The translations under genes were made by a program, and so were the position numbers. Of a stretch of 40,193 nt of DNA, positions 6,337 through 14,662 are shown one piece after another. The DNA comes from Candidatus Magasanikiibacteriota bacterium. Its GTDB lineage: Bacteria > Patescibacteriota > Patescibacteriia > Magasanikbacterales > UBA922. How positions within the stretch are numbered: position 1 is the first letter of the stretch; each line of letters begins with the position of its first letter. The stretch spans positions 1 through 40,193 of the forward strand of contig JACRPD010000023.1 in the NCBI GenBank assembly GCA_016214105.1, written 5' to 3'. The notes beneath the pieces are model-generated. The model was given only the letters and a program-made list of their open reading frames with translations. It did not search any database and was not told the origin of the DNA.

Positions 6337-7353
6337 ATGTTAATTATTAGCGCTATCGCCATCAACTCATTCACAGACAAACAGGTGAGAAAAATCATTC
6401 TTGCCGGCGCTGACATGCTGCGTTTTAATTTTTCCTACCGCACTATTTCTGAAACCATTAAATGGATAAAAATAGCCCAAGAAACGCGGTGGGAATTAAA
6501 CTCATCCATCAAACTCTTGATTGACCTCCCATCAGAAAAAATCCGCTTAGGCAACTTTGACCTTAAAACCCATACTGTAAAAGAGGGGGAGGAAATAATT
6601 TTTCAATCAGCCGACTATTCGCCTGACTGCAATCAGTTTGTTCCGGTGCAAACAACAAAATTGGGCGAAAAAACTTATTTGGATGAAATGATCATGGTTG
6701 GGGACGGCGACATCAGTATACAGGTGATGGAAATTATAGATGCTGACACTATAAAGGCGCGCATTCTCAACAATGGCGTACTCCAAGCGATGAAAGTCCT
6801 CCACATTAACACAGGCATCAACGAACAAAAATTGCTTAACTATTACAAACAAATCTTCCAATGCATAAATGAAATCCAGCCGCACTATATCGCTATTCCT
6901 TTCATCAATAATTCAATCAACCAACAAATTATTGCTGAGATACCGCAAGAAAATCATTACAAGATAATCGTCAAAATTGAGGACCGGGAAGGTCTAAATT
7001 CGATAGAAACACTTTGCCAAGACGCTGTTTATGATATGATCCTTGTGGACCGCGGCGAATTGGGCGTGAATCTACCCTATGAAGAATTGGGTGTGATCCA
7101 AAAAAACATTATCTGCATAGCACGCCAATACCATAAGCCGGTAATAATCTCCACCCAAATACTTGAAAGCACTATGAACAATTACATACCGGGACGGTCC
7201 GATATTCTAGATCTCACCAATATAATTTTAGATGGGGCGGACGGGATCATGCTCTGCCGCGAAACCGGTTTCGGACTCAGGCCAGCCTACACCATCTCAG
7301 TTGCCAAACGGATCATTCAAGCAGTAAAAAAATATAAACAAAAGATAGCTTAA
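6337..7353 (+). CDS. Pyruvate-kinase-like barrel protein (A+B domains only, divergent active-site motifs)
   Basis: AGADMLRFNFSY, KIEDREGLNSIE, VDRGELGV, PVIISTQILEST and DGADGIMLCRETGFG align with the PK motifs NFSHG, KIE..EG, ARGDLGVE, TQMLESM and DG.D..MLS.ETA.G. At 338 aa it has no C-terminal regulatory domain. Confidence 0.7.
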   Translation: MLIISAIAINSFTDKQVRKIILAGADMLRFNFSYRTISETIKWIKIAQETRWELNSSIKLLIDLPSEKIRLGNFDLKTHTVKEGEEIIFQSADYSPDCNQFVPVQTTKLGEKTYLDEMIMVGDGDISIQVMEIIDADTIKARILNNGVLQAMKVLHINTGINEQKLLNYYKQIFQCINEIQPHYIAIPFINNSINQQIIAEIPQENHYKIIVKIEDREGLNSIETLCQDAVYDMILVDRGELGVNLPYEELGVIQKNIICIARQYHKPVIISTQILESTMNNYIPGRSDILDLTNIILDGADGIMLCRETGFGLRPAYTISVAKRIIQAVKKYKQKIA

Positions 7354-7361
7354 AAACCGGT

Positions 7362-8456
7362 ATGTCCGTTATCAAAGAAATCACCGACAACCAAATGCCG
7401 TCTTTCACGGAATGGTTTAATGAAATCAATTATCAAGACACGGAAAAATTCCGTCTGGAAGATAATACCAAGCGCGACCGCTTGGAAATTTTATATCAAA
7501 TCGCCGGTCTGCCTTACGACCGGCCGGAACGGCTGATGGTACGCGACATCATGGATAACACGCCGACTTTCCAAGACGTAGTACAACGAAAAGGCAATCT
7601 GCCTTGCGCTATGCGTCTGGTGCCGACAAAGCCGGAATTGCCAAAACTCCGCCAGCGCGGCCTGACTCTAAATGAATACCTGTCCGGCTGGTTTCGCGAA
7701 CTTAAAATCAATCCTGATGATTATAAAGCGGAGGTCGTGCCGCACAGCGATAAAACTCTATATTCTCTGATTTTTATAATTACCAAAAACAATCTTTTTG
7801 GCGAAGCCTATGCCGGCCCTCTTTGGGATATATCCACTGGACTGCATGAAAAAAACTCAATTCCGTTCACCTTCAGCTCCGGCATGTTAAAAATGGAAAA
7901 AGTTGATGAAGCGATGAAGCAGATCATAGCAGAAGCCATCAATCTGCTGCAAATTGACGGTGTTGATAAGCGTGAAATGCTATCCCAGCAAATCAACGCG
8001 GAATTTGACGACGCAAACCGGCTGATTGGTTATTTTGAGTTTGTTGTTTGGCCGAATCAAACCGGTTTTTTGGTTGATTACAATCGTCTTATTCCGAATT
8101 TATTCAGCGAAATAAATTTTAATCACATAAAAAACGATGATTTATCCGGCCTCTGCGCCAGTCCTGGACAGACCGCGGGTAAAATAAAAATCGTAATGGA
8201 CCCAGCCAAAACTCCATTTGAAAATGGCGAAATTCTGGTCTGCCCAATGACCATGATTGACTATCTGCCGCTGATGCGAAAAGCCGCCGGTATTATCACC
8301 GAACAGGGCAATATTTTATCCCACGCGGCAATTATCAGCCGCGAATTAAAAAAACCTTGTTTAGTGGGAGTAAAAAACGCGATGAAATTATTAAAAGACG
8401 AGCAAGAAGTTGAACTTGATGCTGGCGCGGGTATTGTAAGGGTAATTGAAAATTAA
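7362..8456 (+). CDS. Protein with a C-terminal PEP-utilizing-enzyme mobile (phosphohistidine swivel) domain and an unrecognised N-terminal domain of about 250 aa
   Basis: GLCASPGQTAGKIKIV...GEILVCPMT...AAGIITEQGNILSHAAIISRELKKPCLVG matches the swivel-domain pattern around the catalytic His (G..SHAAI.ARE...P..VG). Confidence 0.7.
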   Translation: MSVIKEITDNQMPSFTEWFNEINYQDTEKFRLEDNTKRDRLEILYQIAGLPYDRPERLMVRDIMDNTPTFQDVVQRKGNLPCAMRLVPTKPELPKLRQRGLTLNEYLSGWFRELKINPDDYKAEVVPHSDKTLYSLIFIITKNNLFGEAYAGPLWDISTGLHEKNSIPFTFSSGMLKMEKVDEAMKQIIAEAINLLQIDGVDKREMLSQQINAEFDDANRLIGYFEFVVWPNQTGFLVDYNRLIPNLFSEINFNHIKNDDLSGLCASPGQTAGKIKIVMDPAKTPFENGEILVCPMTMIDYLPLMRKAAGIITEQGNILSHAAIISRELKKPCLVGVKNAMKLLKDEQEVELDAGAGIVRVIEN

Positions 8457-8463
8457 AGGTAAA

Positions 8464-8502
8464 CACCTCACCCCTTGCCCCTCTCCTTATAAAGGAGAGG
8501 GG
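8464..8502 (+). repeat. GC-rich palindromic repeat family, copy R1
   Basis: CACCTCACCCC-TTG-CCCCTCTCCTT-ATA-AAGGAGAGGGG with a perfect 11-bp stem. Confidence 0.8.
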
Positions 8503-8516
8503 AAATAATGTGGCCT

Positions 8517-8537
8517 CTTGCCCCCCAAGGGGTTTTT
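8517..8537 (+). terminator. Possible weak terminator after the swivel-domain gene
   Basis: CCCC..GGGG short stem (8521-8532) followed by T6. The stem is only about 4 bp. Confidence 0.3.
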
Positions 8538-8546
8538 TGTTAGAAT
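8538..8546 (+). promoter_or_regulatory. Extended -10 element upstream of the dCMP deaminase gene
   Basis: TGTTAGAAT (TGn + TAGAAT), 25 nt upstream of the ATG. Confidence 0.35.
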
Positions 8547-8571
8547 ATTACCAGATTTTTAACTTAAATAT

Positions 8572-9045
8572 ATGCCGGAAAAACCACGTGAAGGAGCAAT
8601 CTCATGGGATGAATGTTTTATGCGCATCGCTCATGTAATCTCCGAACGCTCCAAAGATCCGTCCACCCAAGCCGGCGCGGTAATAGTAACTGCCAACAAT
8701 GTAGCTGTTGGCATGGGCTATAATGGCTTCCCGCGCGGCGTGGATAGCGATATTTTCCCTTGGGAACGCGAGGGTGATTTTGTAGATACAAAATACGCCT
8801 ATGTTTGCCACGCGGAAGAAAACGCCATCTATAACGCCAATGTCCAGACTAAAAATTGCAAAATCTATTGCACGCTGTTCCCCTGCAACGAATGCGCCAA
8901 AACAATAATCCAAAACGGCATAGTTGAAATTATTTTTGAAAGCGACAAATACCATGACGAAAAAGTCTGGGTCGCTTCGCGCCGCATGTTGGACGCGGCT
9001 GGAATAAAATATCGCCAGTATATTTCTGATTACAGTAAAGTATGA
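8572..9045 (+). CDS. Deoxycytidylate (dCMP) deaminase
   Basis: WDECFMRIAHVISERSKDPSTQAGAVIV, GYNGFPRG, the zinc motifs CHAEENAI and PCNECAK. Confidence 0.9.
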   Translation: MPEKPREGAISWDECFMRIAHVISERSKDPSTQAGAVIVTANNVAVGMGYNGFPRGVDSDIFPWEREGDFVDTKYAYVCHAEENAIYNANVQTKNCKIYCTLFPCNECAKTIIQNGIVEIIFESDKYHDEKVWVASRRMLDAAGIKYRQYISDYSKV

Positions 9046-9605
9046 CAAATAAAAAAATCGTCTTCGGACTGGTCGGCGATCTGGCCGCGGGCAAGAGCAC
9101 GGTCAGTAAATACTTGCGAGAAAAATATAATATCAATTCTTATTTATATTCCACGCCTCTGCGCGATATTCTTAAACGCATATACATTGAAGAAAGCCGC
9201 GAAAATCTGCAAAAATTATCCATTTGGCTGCGGGAAAATTTTGACCAGCAGATCTTGGGCAAAATTATCGCGCGCGACGTGGAAAACGACGGCAACGAGA
9301 TGATTATCGCGGATGGAATCCGCCGTCCGTCCGACATCGCGCAACTGGAACAATTGCCGGGCTTTATCCTAATTTACATTACTGCCGAACCGCATCTCCG
9401 CTGGCAAAGACAAACCAACCGCAATCAAAATGCCGGCGACGCGCAAAAAACCTTTGAACAATTCATGCGCGATGAGGAATCAGAAGCGGAAAAACCCATA
9501 AAAGAATTGGGCGGGCGGGCAAAATTCACTATCACCAACAACGGAACCGAAACGGAATTGTACCAACAGATTGAAGATATAATAAAAAGTATCAAGTCTT
9601 ATTAA
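9042..9605 (+). CDS. P-loop NMP-kinase-fold protein (putative (d)NMP kinase)
   Basis: Walker A motif GLVGDLAAGKST. The start overlaps the upstream stop in ATGA. It is embedded between dCMP deaminase and dut. Confidence 0.55.
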   Translation: MTNKKIVFGLVGDLAAGKSTVSKYLREKYNINSYLYSTPLRDILKRIYIEESRENLQKLSIWLRENFDQQILGKIIARDVENDGNEMIIADGIRRPSDIAQLEQLPGFILIYITAEPHLRWQRQTNRNQNAGDAQKTFEQFMRDEESEAEKPIKELGGRAKFTITNNGTETELYQQIEDIIKSIKSY

Positions 9606-9633
9606 CGTTATTAGCGGATCAAATTAGCGGGCT

Positions 9634-10056
9634 ATGCGAATAAAAATAAAACGATTGAAACCGGACGCAGTACTTCCAACTTACGCCCATCCTGGTGATG
9701 TTGGCATGGATTTGTATTCGCTTGAAGATTATGAATTAAAGGCCGGCGAAAGAAAAATTTTCTTGCTGGGGTTCGCTTTGGAATTCCCAACCGGCTACGC
9801 CGCAATCGTCAAAGATAAGGGTGGTCTCCCCCACTATCACGGTTTGCACACTATGGGTGGTGTTTTTGATGCTGGTTTCAGAGGTGAATATAATGTGAAT
9901 CTCATAAATTTGGGTTCAGAACCGGTAAAAATTGAAAAAAAACAAAAAATCGCCCAACTTCTTATCTACCCTGTGGTCATCGCCGAACTGGAAGAAACGC
10001 AAGAGCTATCCGACAGCTCACGCGGTTTGGGACAATTCGGGAGCACTGGTAAATAA
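9634..10056 (+). CDS. dut: dUTP diphosphatase
   Basis: LPTYAHPGDVGMDLYS, GGVFDAGFRGEY, SSRGLGQFGSTG. Confidence 0.9.
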   Translation: MRIKIKRLKPDAVLPTYAHPGDVGMDLYSLEDYELKAGERKIFLLGFALEFPTGYAAIVKDKGGLPHYHGLHTMGGVFDAGFRGEYNVNLINLGSEPVKIEKKQKIAQLLIYPVVIAELEETQELSDSSRGLGQFGSTGK

Positions 10057-10061
10057 TTTTT

Positions 10062-10955
10062 ATGCAAACTTACCTCAACATCATCCAAAAAGTCCTTAAC
10101 GAGGGCGTAAAAAAAACCGACCGCACCGGCACCGGCGTTTTGGCTATCGCCGGAGCGATGTTTGAACATAATATGGCTGACGGTTATCCGCTGTTGACGA
10201 CTAAAAAAATGCCGTTCAAAATCATGGCCGCGGAACTGGAATTTTTTATCAAAGGCATTACTGACAAACAATGGCTTCTTGATCGCAATTGCCACATCTG
10301 GGACGAATGGTGCAATCCCAAAAAAGTGCCGTATGCTCATGATGAAGAAACAAAATTAAAAATGAAAAACGAACGCGATTTAGGCGCGATCTACGGCTTT
10401 CAATGGCGGCACTTTAACGCGGATTATGAAAATTATAACACTGATTACGCCGGCAAGGGCGTTGACCAGTTAAAAAATTTAATTTCCGCGATAAAAAACG
10501 ATCCGTCCAGCCGGCGGCTGATTGTTTCCGCGTGGAATCCATGCATGCTTGATCAAATGGCTCTCCCGCCATGCCATTATCTTTTTCAAATAACCGTAAT
10601 CGACGGCAAACTAAATCTACTCTGGAATCAACGCTCGGTTGACACCATGCTCGGCCTGCCGTTTAATATATCTAGCTACGCGCTTCTCTTGCACTTATTA
10701 GCCAAAGAAACCGGATTAAAAGAAGGCAAACTCGTTGGTTTTTTAGCTGACACGCATATTTATCTAAACCACCTTGACGGCGCCAAAGAACAGCTGACAC
10801 GCGACCCAAACAAATATCCGTTGCCACGCATTGAAACCATTCAGCAAAGTTCAGGGCAAGCTAAAAATTTTTCAATTTTTGATTGGCAATACATAGATAC
10901 TGAACTTCAAGGTTATGAATCATATCCACGGATACCGTTGCCGATTGCTGTATAA
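10062..10955 (+). CDS. thyA: Thymidylate synthase (ThyA type)
   Basis: TDRTGTGVLAIAGAMFEH, YPLLTTKK, IYGFQWRHF, ALPPCHYLFQ, RSVDTMLGLPFNI. Confidence 0.95.
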   Translation: MQTYLNIIQKVLNEGVKKTDRTGTGVLAIAGAMFEHNMADGYPLLTTKKMPFKIMAAELEFFIKGITDKQWLLDRNCHIWDEWCNPKKVPYAHDEETKLKMKNERDLGAIYGFQWRHFNADYENYNTDYAGKGVDQLKNLISAIKNDPSSRRLIVSAWNPCMLDQMALPPCHYLFQITVIDGKLNLLWNQRSVDTMLGLPFNISSYALLLHLLAKETGLKEGKLVGFLADTHIYLNHLDGAKEQLTRDPNKYPLPRIETIQQSSGQAKNFSIFDWQYIDTELQGYESYPRIPLPIAV

Positions 10956-10958
10956 ATA

Positions 10959-11031
10959 GTGCGTAAGTGAATAAGTGTGTAAGTATATAAGTACTTACCA
11001 ACTTACACACTTACATACTTACACACTTCGC
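10959..11031 (+). repeat. Unit-repeat hairpin (GTAAGTGT / ACTTACAC units) filling the thyA-folA spacer
   Basis: The left arm 10965-10992 pairs with 11001-11028 at about 24 of 28 positions (hand pairing; mismatches are mostly A-C). The element ends 2 nt before the folA ATG. Confidence 0.7.
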
Positions 11032-11032
11032 T

Positions 11033-11509
11033 ATGATTACTCTCGTCGCCGCCATTTCTAAAAACAATTGCATTGGCAAGGATAATGCCATTCCTTGGGA
11101 TATTCCGGAAGATATGAAACGGATGCGGGAAATAACCAAAGGGAAAGTTTTGATTATGGGCCGCAAGACATGGGAGTCCATACCTGAAAACCGCAGGCCA
11201 TTGCCGCAGAGAACAAATGTGGTTATCACTCGCGACAAAAATTTTCCATTGCCAGCCGGCGCGGAACGGTTTGATTCGATAAACGAAGCGATTGCCGCGC
11301 ACAAAGATGAAGAAATCATCGGCTTTGGCGGACAAAGAATTTTTGAAGAGATGATCGACATCGCGGATGTTTTGGATTTAACTTTGGTTGATCAAAATAT
11401 TGAAAACTGCCACGCGTTTTTTCCGGAGATTGATCCGAAAGTGTGGAAAATCAGCGCGGAAGAAAAACATAATGGCTTTACGTTTATAACGTATCGTCGT
11501 GTCTTATGA
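11033..11509 (+). CDS. folA: Dihydrofolate reductase
   Basis: ITLVAAISKNNCIGKDNAIPWDIPEDMKRMREITKGKVLIMGRKTWESIP, typical of DHFR. Confidence 0.9.
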   Translation: MITLVAAISKNNCIGKDNAIPWDIPEDMKRMREITKGKVLIMGRKTWESIPENRRPLPQRTNVVITRDKNFPLPAGAERFDSINEAIAAHKDEEIIGFGGQRIFEEMIDIADVLDLTLVDQNIENCHAFFPEIDPKVWKISAEEKHNGFTFITYRRVL

Positions 11510-12195
11510 AAGGCTTATTTATTCTTCTAGAAGGCACTGACGGCTCGGGCAAAACCCTGCAGACCGGACTTTTGATTAAACGATTAAAAAAACTTAACAA
11601 AAAAGTGGAACAAATTAGTTTTCCGCAATATGGCCAGCCGAGCGCTTTCTTGGTGGAAAAATATCTGAACGGCGAATTTGGCAGCGCGTCTGAAGTGGGG
11701 CCTTATCGCGCTTCAATTCTCTATGCTGTGGATAGATTCGCGGCCGCGAATCAGATTAAAAAATGGCTGAAACAAGGCAAAATTATTATTGCCAACCGCT
11801 ATGTCGCGTCTAACATGGGGCATCAGGGCGGAAAAATAAAAAACGCGAAAAAACGCCGGCAATATTTGGACTGGGTGTATAATTTAGAGTATAATATACT
11901 CGGCATTCCCAAGCCGGATATCAATTTGATTTTACATGTTACGGCAAAAATTTCTCAAGAGCTCGTGGACAAAAAAGGCGAACGGGAATATTTAAAAGGC
12001 AAAAAACGCGATATCCACGAAGACGACCTGAACCATCTCCGCGACGCGGAAAAAGCGTATTTGGAAATAAACAAACGTTATCCGGAATTTAAAATTATTG
12101 AATGCGTCAAAAACAACAAAATCCTCCCGCCTCATATCATCCACGAAAAAATCTGGCAAACAATCACCCAATCGCCCATAATTCATAATTCATAA
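11506..12195 (+). CDS. tmk: Thymidylate kinase
   Basis: P-loop LEGTDGSGKT. The start overlaps the folA stop in ATGA. The last residues and the stop codon lie inside the CATAATT repeat. Confidence 0.9.
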   Translation: MKGLFILLEGTDGSGKTLQTGLLIKRLKKLNKKVEQISFPQYGQPSAFLVEKYLNGEFGSASEVGPYRASILYAVDRFAAANQIKKWLKQGKIIIANRYVASNMGHQGGKIKNAKKRRQYLDWVYNLEYNILGIPKPDINLILHVTAKISQELVDKKGEREYLKGKKRDIHEDDLNHLRDAEKAYLEINKRYPEFKIIECVKNNKILPPHIIHEKIWQTITQSPIIHNS

Positions 12196-12212
12196 TTCAT
12201 AATTCATAATTC
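12177..12212 (+). repeat. (CATAATT)x5 tandem tract
   Basis: CATAATTCATAATTCATAATTCATAATTCATAATTC. It spans the tmk stop codon and ends 8 nt before the next ATG. Confidence 0.85.
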
Positions 12213-12220
12213 TTTATCAT

Positions 12221-13054
12221 ATGCTCATCTCCGCCGTAGAACTCCTAAAACAAAGCTTGAATTTATATAAAAACAATTTTGTTACTATCATAAAATTTCT
12301 TGCGTTACTCACCATCCCGACAGCGATAGACATTGCAATTGGATTCACAAATGTAACAATTATAATAGTCGTCGTCTCAATCATCACAAGAATAATTTAT
12401 TTCTGGATCATTTTCAGCATTTTACGAACAATTAACTTTATTTGCAAAAAAGAAAAGGTGGGCGATATTAAAACCGCCCTAAAAGACACCTATAAAATAC
12501 TTTGGAAAGGAATTGGCACATCTCTTTTGGTTGGTCTATTTACATTTGCTCTACTCTTACTATTTCTTATCCCTCTTTTTTTCACTGGCGGTTTTTCAGA
12601 CCCCCGTATCCTCGCTGCAGTCATGTTTGGCCCCCTGTTTATTTCTACCATTAATATTTACGATCCGATGTCAATGTTAGTGCTTGGAATGTTTGTTGTG
12701 TTCGTACTTGGTATGATAAATGCAATATTTTTCGGGATCAAATTGTCTTTCGCCGTTTACGAAACAGTGATCGCTGACCGCCCAATCAAAGAATCTATCA
12801 AATTCAGTATGGCAATTACAAAAGACCGTTGGTGGACAATCTTGTGGCGTTTTTTGTTGACGGCTTTTGTTGTTTCTCTCGTTTACGCGCTATTCGCCGC
12901 GCCATTGTCACAAATTTTTGGGATTGGTTTACTTTATAATGTTTTTATACAAATTGTTTCCCTCCTCCTAATGCCAGTCGCCTTTGCCGCTGCCACCATC
13001 CTTTACGAAGAGCTAAAAAAACTCGGCCCGGCGCAGACTGAACAAAAAACATAA
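12221..13054 (+). CDS. Polytopic membrane protein, function unknown
   Basis: 277 aa with about six hydrophobic helices. It is tightly packed with gatB (2-nt gap). Confidence 0.6.
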   Translation: MLISAVELLKQSLNLYKNNFVTIIKFLALLTIPTAIDIAIGFTNVTIIIVVVSIITRIIYFWIIFSILRTINFICKKEKVGDIKTALKDTYKILWKGIGTSLLVGLFTFALLLLFLIPLFFTGGFSDPRILAAVMFGPLFISTINIYDPMSMLVLGMFVVFVLGMINAIFFGIKLSFAVYETVIADRPIKESIKFSMAITKDRWWTILWRFLLTAFVVSLVYALFAAPLSQIFGIGLLYNVFIQIVSLLLMPVAFAAATILYEELKKLGPAQTEQKT

Positions 13055-13056
13055 AC

Positions 13057-14595
13057 ATGTCAAAATACATCCCCATTATCGGCATGGAGGTCCACGTTGA
13101 GCTTAAAACCAAAAGCAAGATGTTTTGCGGTTGTAAAAATGATCCGGACTTCAAGGAACCAAACACAAACATCTGCCCGATTTGCACTGCCCAGCCAGGC
13201 ACGCTTCCGGTTCCCAACAAGCAAGCCATCGCTTGGACGGTTTTAATCGGCAAAGCGTTAGGATGTCAGATTAGAAAATTATCAAAATTTGACCGCAAGC
13301 ATTATTTCTATCCCGACCTGCCAAAGGGCTATCAAATTTCGCAATACGATGAACCGATTGCCGAACACGGCGCGATAATTCTTGATTTCCCTCTCAATGA
13401 TAACATCCGAGAAACCGCGAAAATCAACATCACTCGCGTACATTTGGAAGAAGATACGGCAAAATTAACCCATGACACCAAAGGTAATACGCTGGTTGAT
13501 TTCAATCGAGCTGGCACGCCATTGGTGGAAATTGTTACCGACCCAGACTTCAAAACCGCGTTGGAAGCAAAAATTTATTGCCAAGAACTGCGCGGTATTT
13601 TCAGATACTTGGGAGTAAGCGACGCTGACATGGAAAAAGGCCACCTGCGCTGTGAAGCGAATATTTCCATGCAAGAAGCCGGTAAATTTGAAATTGCTGA
13701 TGGCAAAGTAAAACCGTTGGGTGATTACAAATTAAACAACAAAGTGGAAGTAAAAAATATCAATTCTTTCCGCGCCGTGGAAAAGGCGTTGGAATTTGAA
13801 ATTATCCGTCAGGCAAAACTTTTGAAAGAAAATAAAAGTTGGGGACAGGAAACCCGCGGCTGGGATGAAAACAGAGGCGAAACCGTGTTACAGCGTATTA
13901 AAGAAAACGCGGCTGACTATCGTTACTTTCCCGAGCCGGACATTCCGCCGTTTCATCCGGAAAAAAGCTCGAGAAAAATTTCTTTGCCGGAATTGCCCTT
14001 GCAAAAACGAAGACGTTTTCACGAAGAATACGGAATGTCTTACGCTGACGCGAAAATTTTAAGCGAAGAAAAAAATTTGGCGGATTTTACGGAAAAAGTA
14101 ATGAGTGAGGTTGTTGAGTGGTTGGATTCTTTACCTGAATCAAAAAACAAGGCCGAAAAAATGTCCGACAAAATAGCGCGGTTGGCCGGCGGTTGGATCA
14201 CTTCCAAACTGATGGGAGTTCTGGCGGAGAAAAAAATGGAGATTGCCGACGTAAAATTCTCAGCGGAAAATTTCGCGGAGCTTATCGCTTTAATTTACGA
14301 CAACCGCGTAAACTCCACCAACGCGCAGAAGATTCTTTTAATCATGGCCGGCTCAAAAACCGACAAAGACCCGACCCACATTATGGAAGAAAAAGGCTGG
14401 GGGCAGGTTGCTGATGAAAATAAAATCAGCGAAGTCGTCGCTGAAGTAATTAGAAGTTATCCCAAACAAGCCGCTGCTTTCCAGGCTGGCAAAGAACCGA
14501 TTATTAAATTTTTAATCGGCATGGCGATGAAAGCCACCGAGGGCTCGGCTGATCCGAAGGTAGTGGAAAAATTGTTGCGGGAGAAGTTAAAGTAA
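13057..14595 (+). CDS. gatB: Asp/Glu-tRNA amidotransferase subunit B
   Basis: IGMEVHVELKTKSKMFCGC, YFYPDLPKGYQISQ and RVHLEEDTAKL, with a C-terminal GatB/YqeY domain. Confidence 0.95.
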   Translation: MSKYIPIIGMEVHVELKTKSKMFCGCKNDPDFKEPNTNICPICTAQPGTLPVPNKQAIAWTVLIGKALGCQIRKLSKFDRKHYFYPDLPKGYQISQYDEPIAEHGAIILDFPLNDNIRETAKINITRVHLEEDTAKLTHDTKGNTLVDFNRAGTPLVEIVTDPDFKTALEAKIYCQELRGIFRYLGVSDADMEKGHLRCEANISMQEAGKFEIADGKVKPLGDYKLNNKVEVKNINSFRAVEKALEFEIIRQAKLLKENKSWGQETRGWDENRGETVLQRIKENAADYRYFPEPDIPPFHPEKSSRKISLPELPLQKRRRFHEEYGMSYADAKILSEEKNLADFTEKVMSEVVEWLDSLPESKNKAEKMSDKIARLAGGWITSKLMGVLAEKKMEIADVKFSAENFAELIALIYDNRVNSTNAQKILLIMAGSKTDKDPTHIMEEKGWGQVADENKISEVVAEVIRSYPKQAAAFQAGKEPIIKFLIGMAMKATEGSADPKVVEKLLREKLK

Positions 14596-14603
14596 TTATT
14601 CAC

Positions 14604-14627
14604 ATCCGTCGCAAGGCGGATTTTTAT
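14604..14627 (+). terminator. Intrinsic terminator after gatB
   Basis: ATCCGTC (14604-14610), loop GCAA, GGCGGAT (14615-14621), then TTTTT. Confidence 0.6.
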
Positions 14628-14662
14628 CAGTCTAAATCCATTTTGTTCAATCTGAATCAATG

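Noticed and set aside
9601-9633. Direct repeat TTAGCGG...TTAGCGGG upstream of dut, as a regulatory site.
   Set aside because: There are only two 7-nt copies in a 28-nt spacer with no dyad symmetry, which is too little signal.
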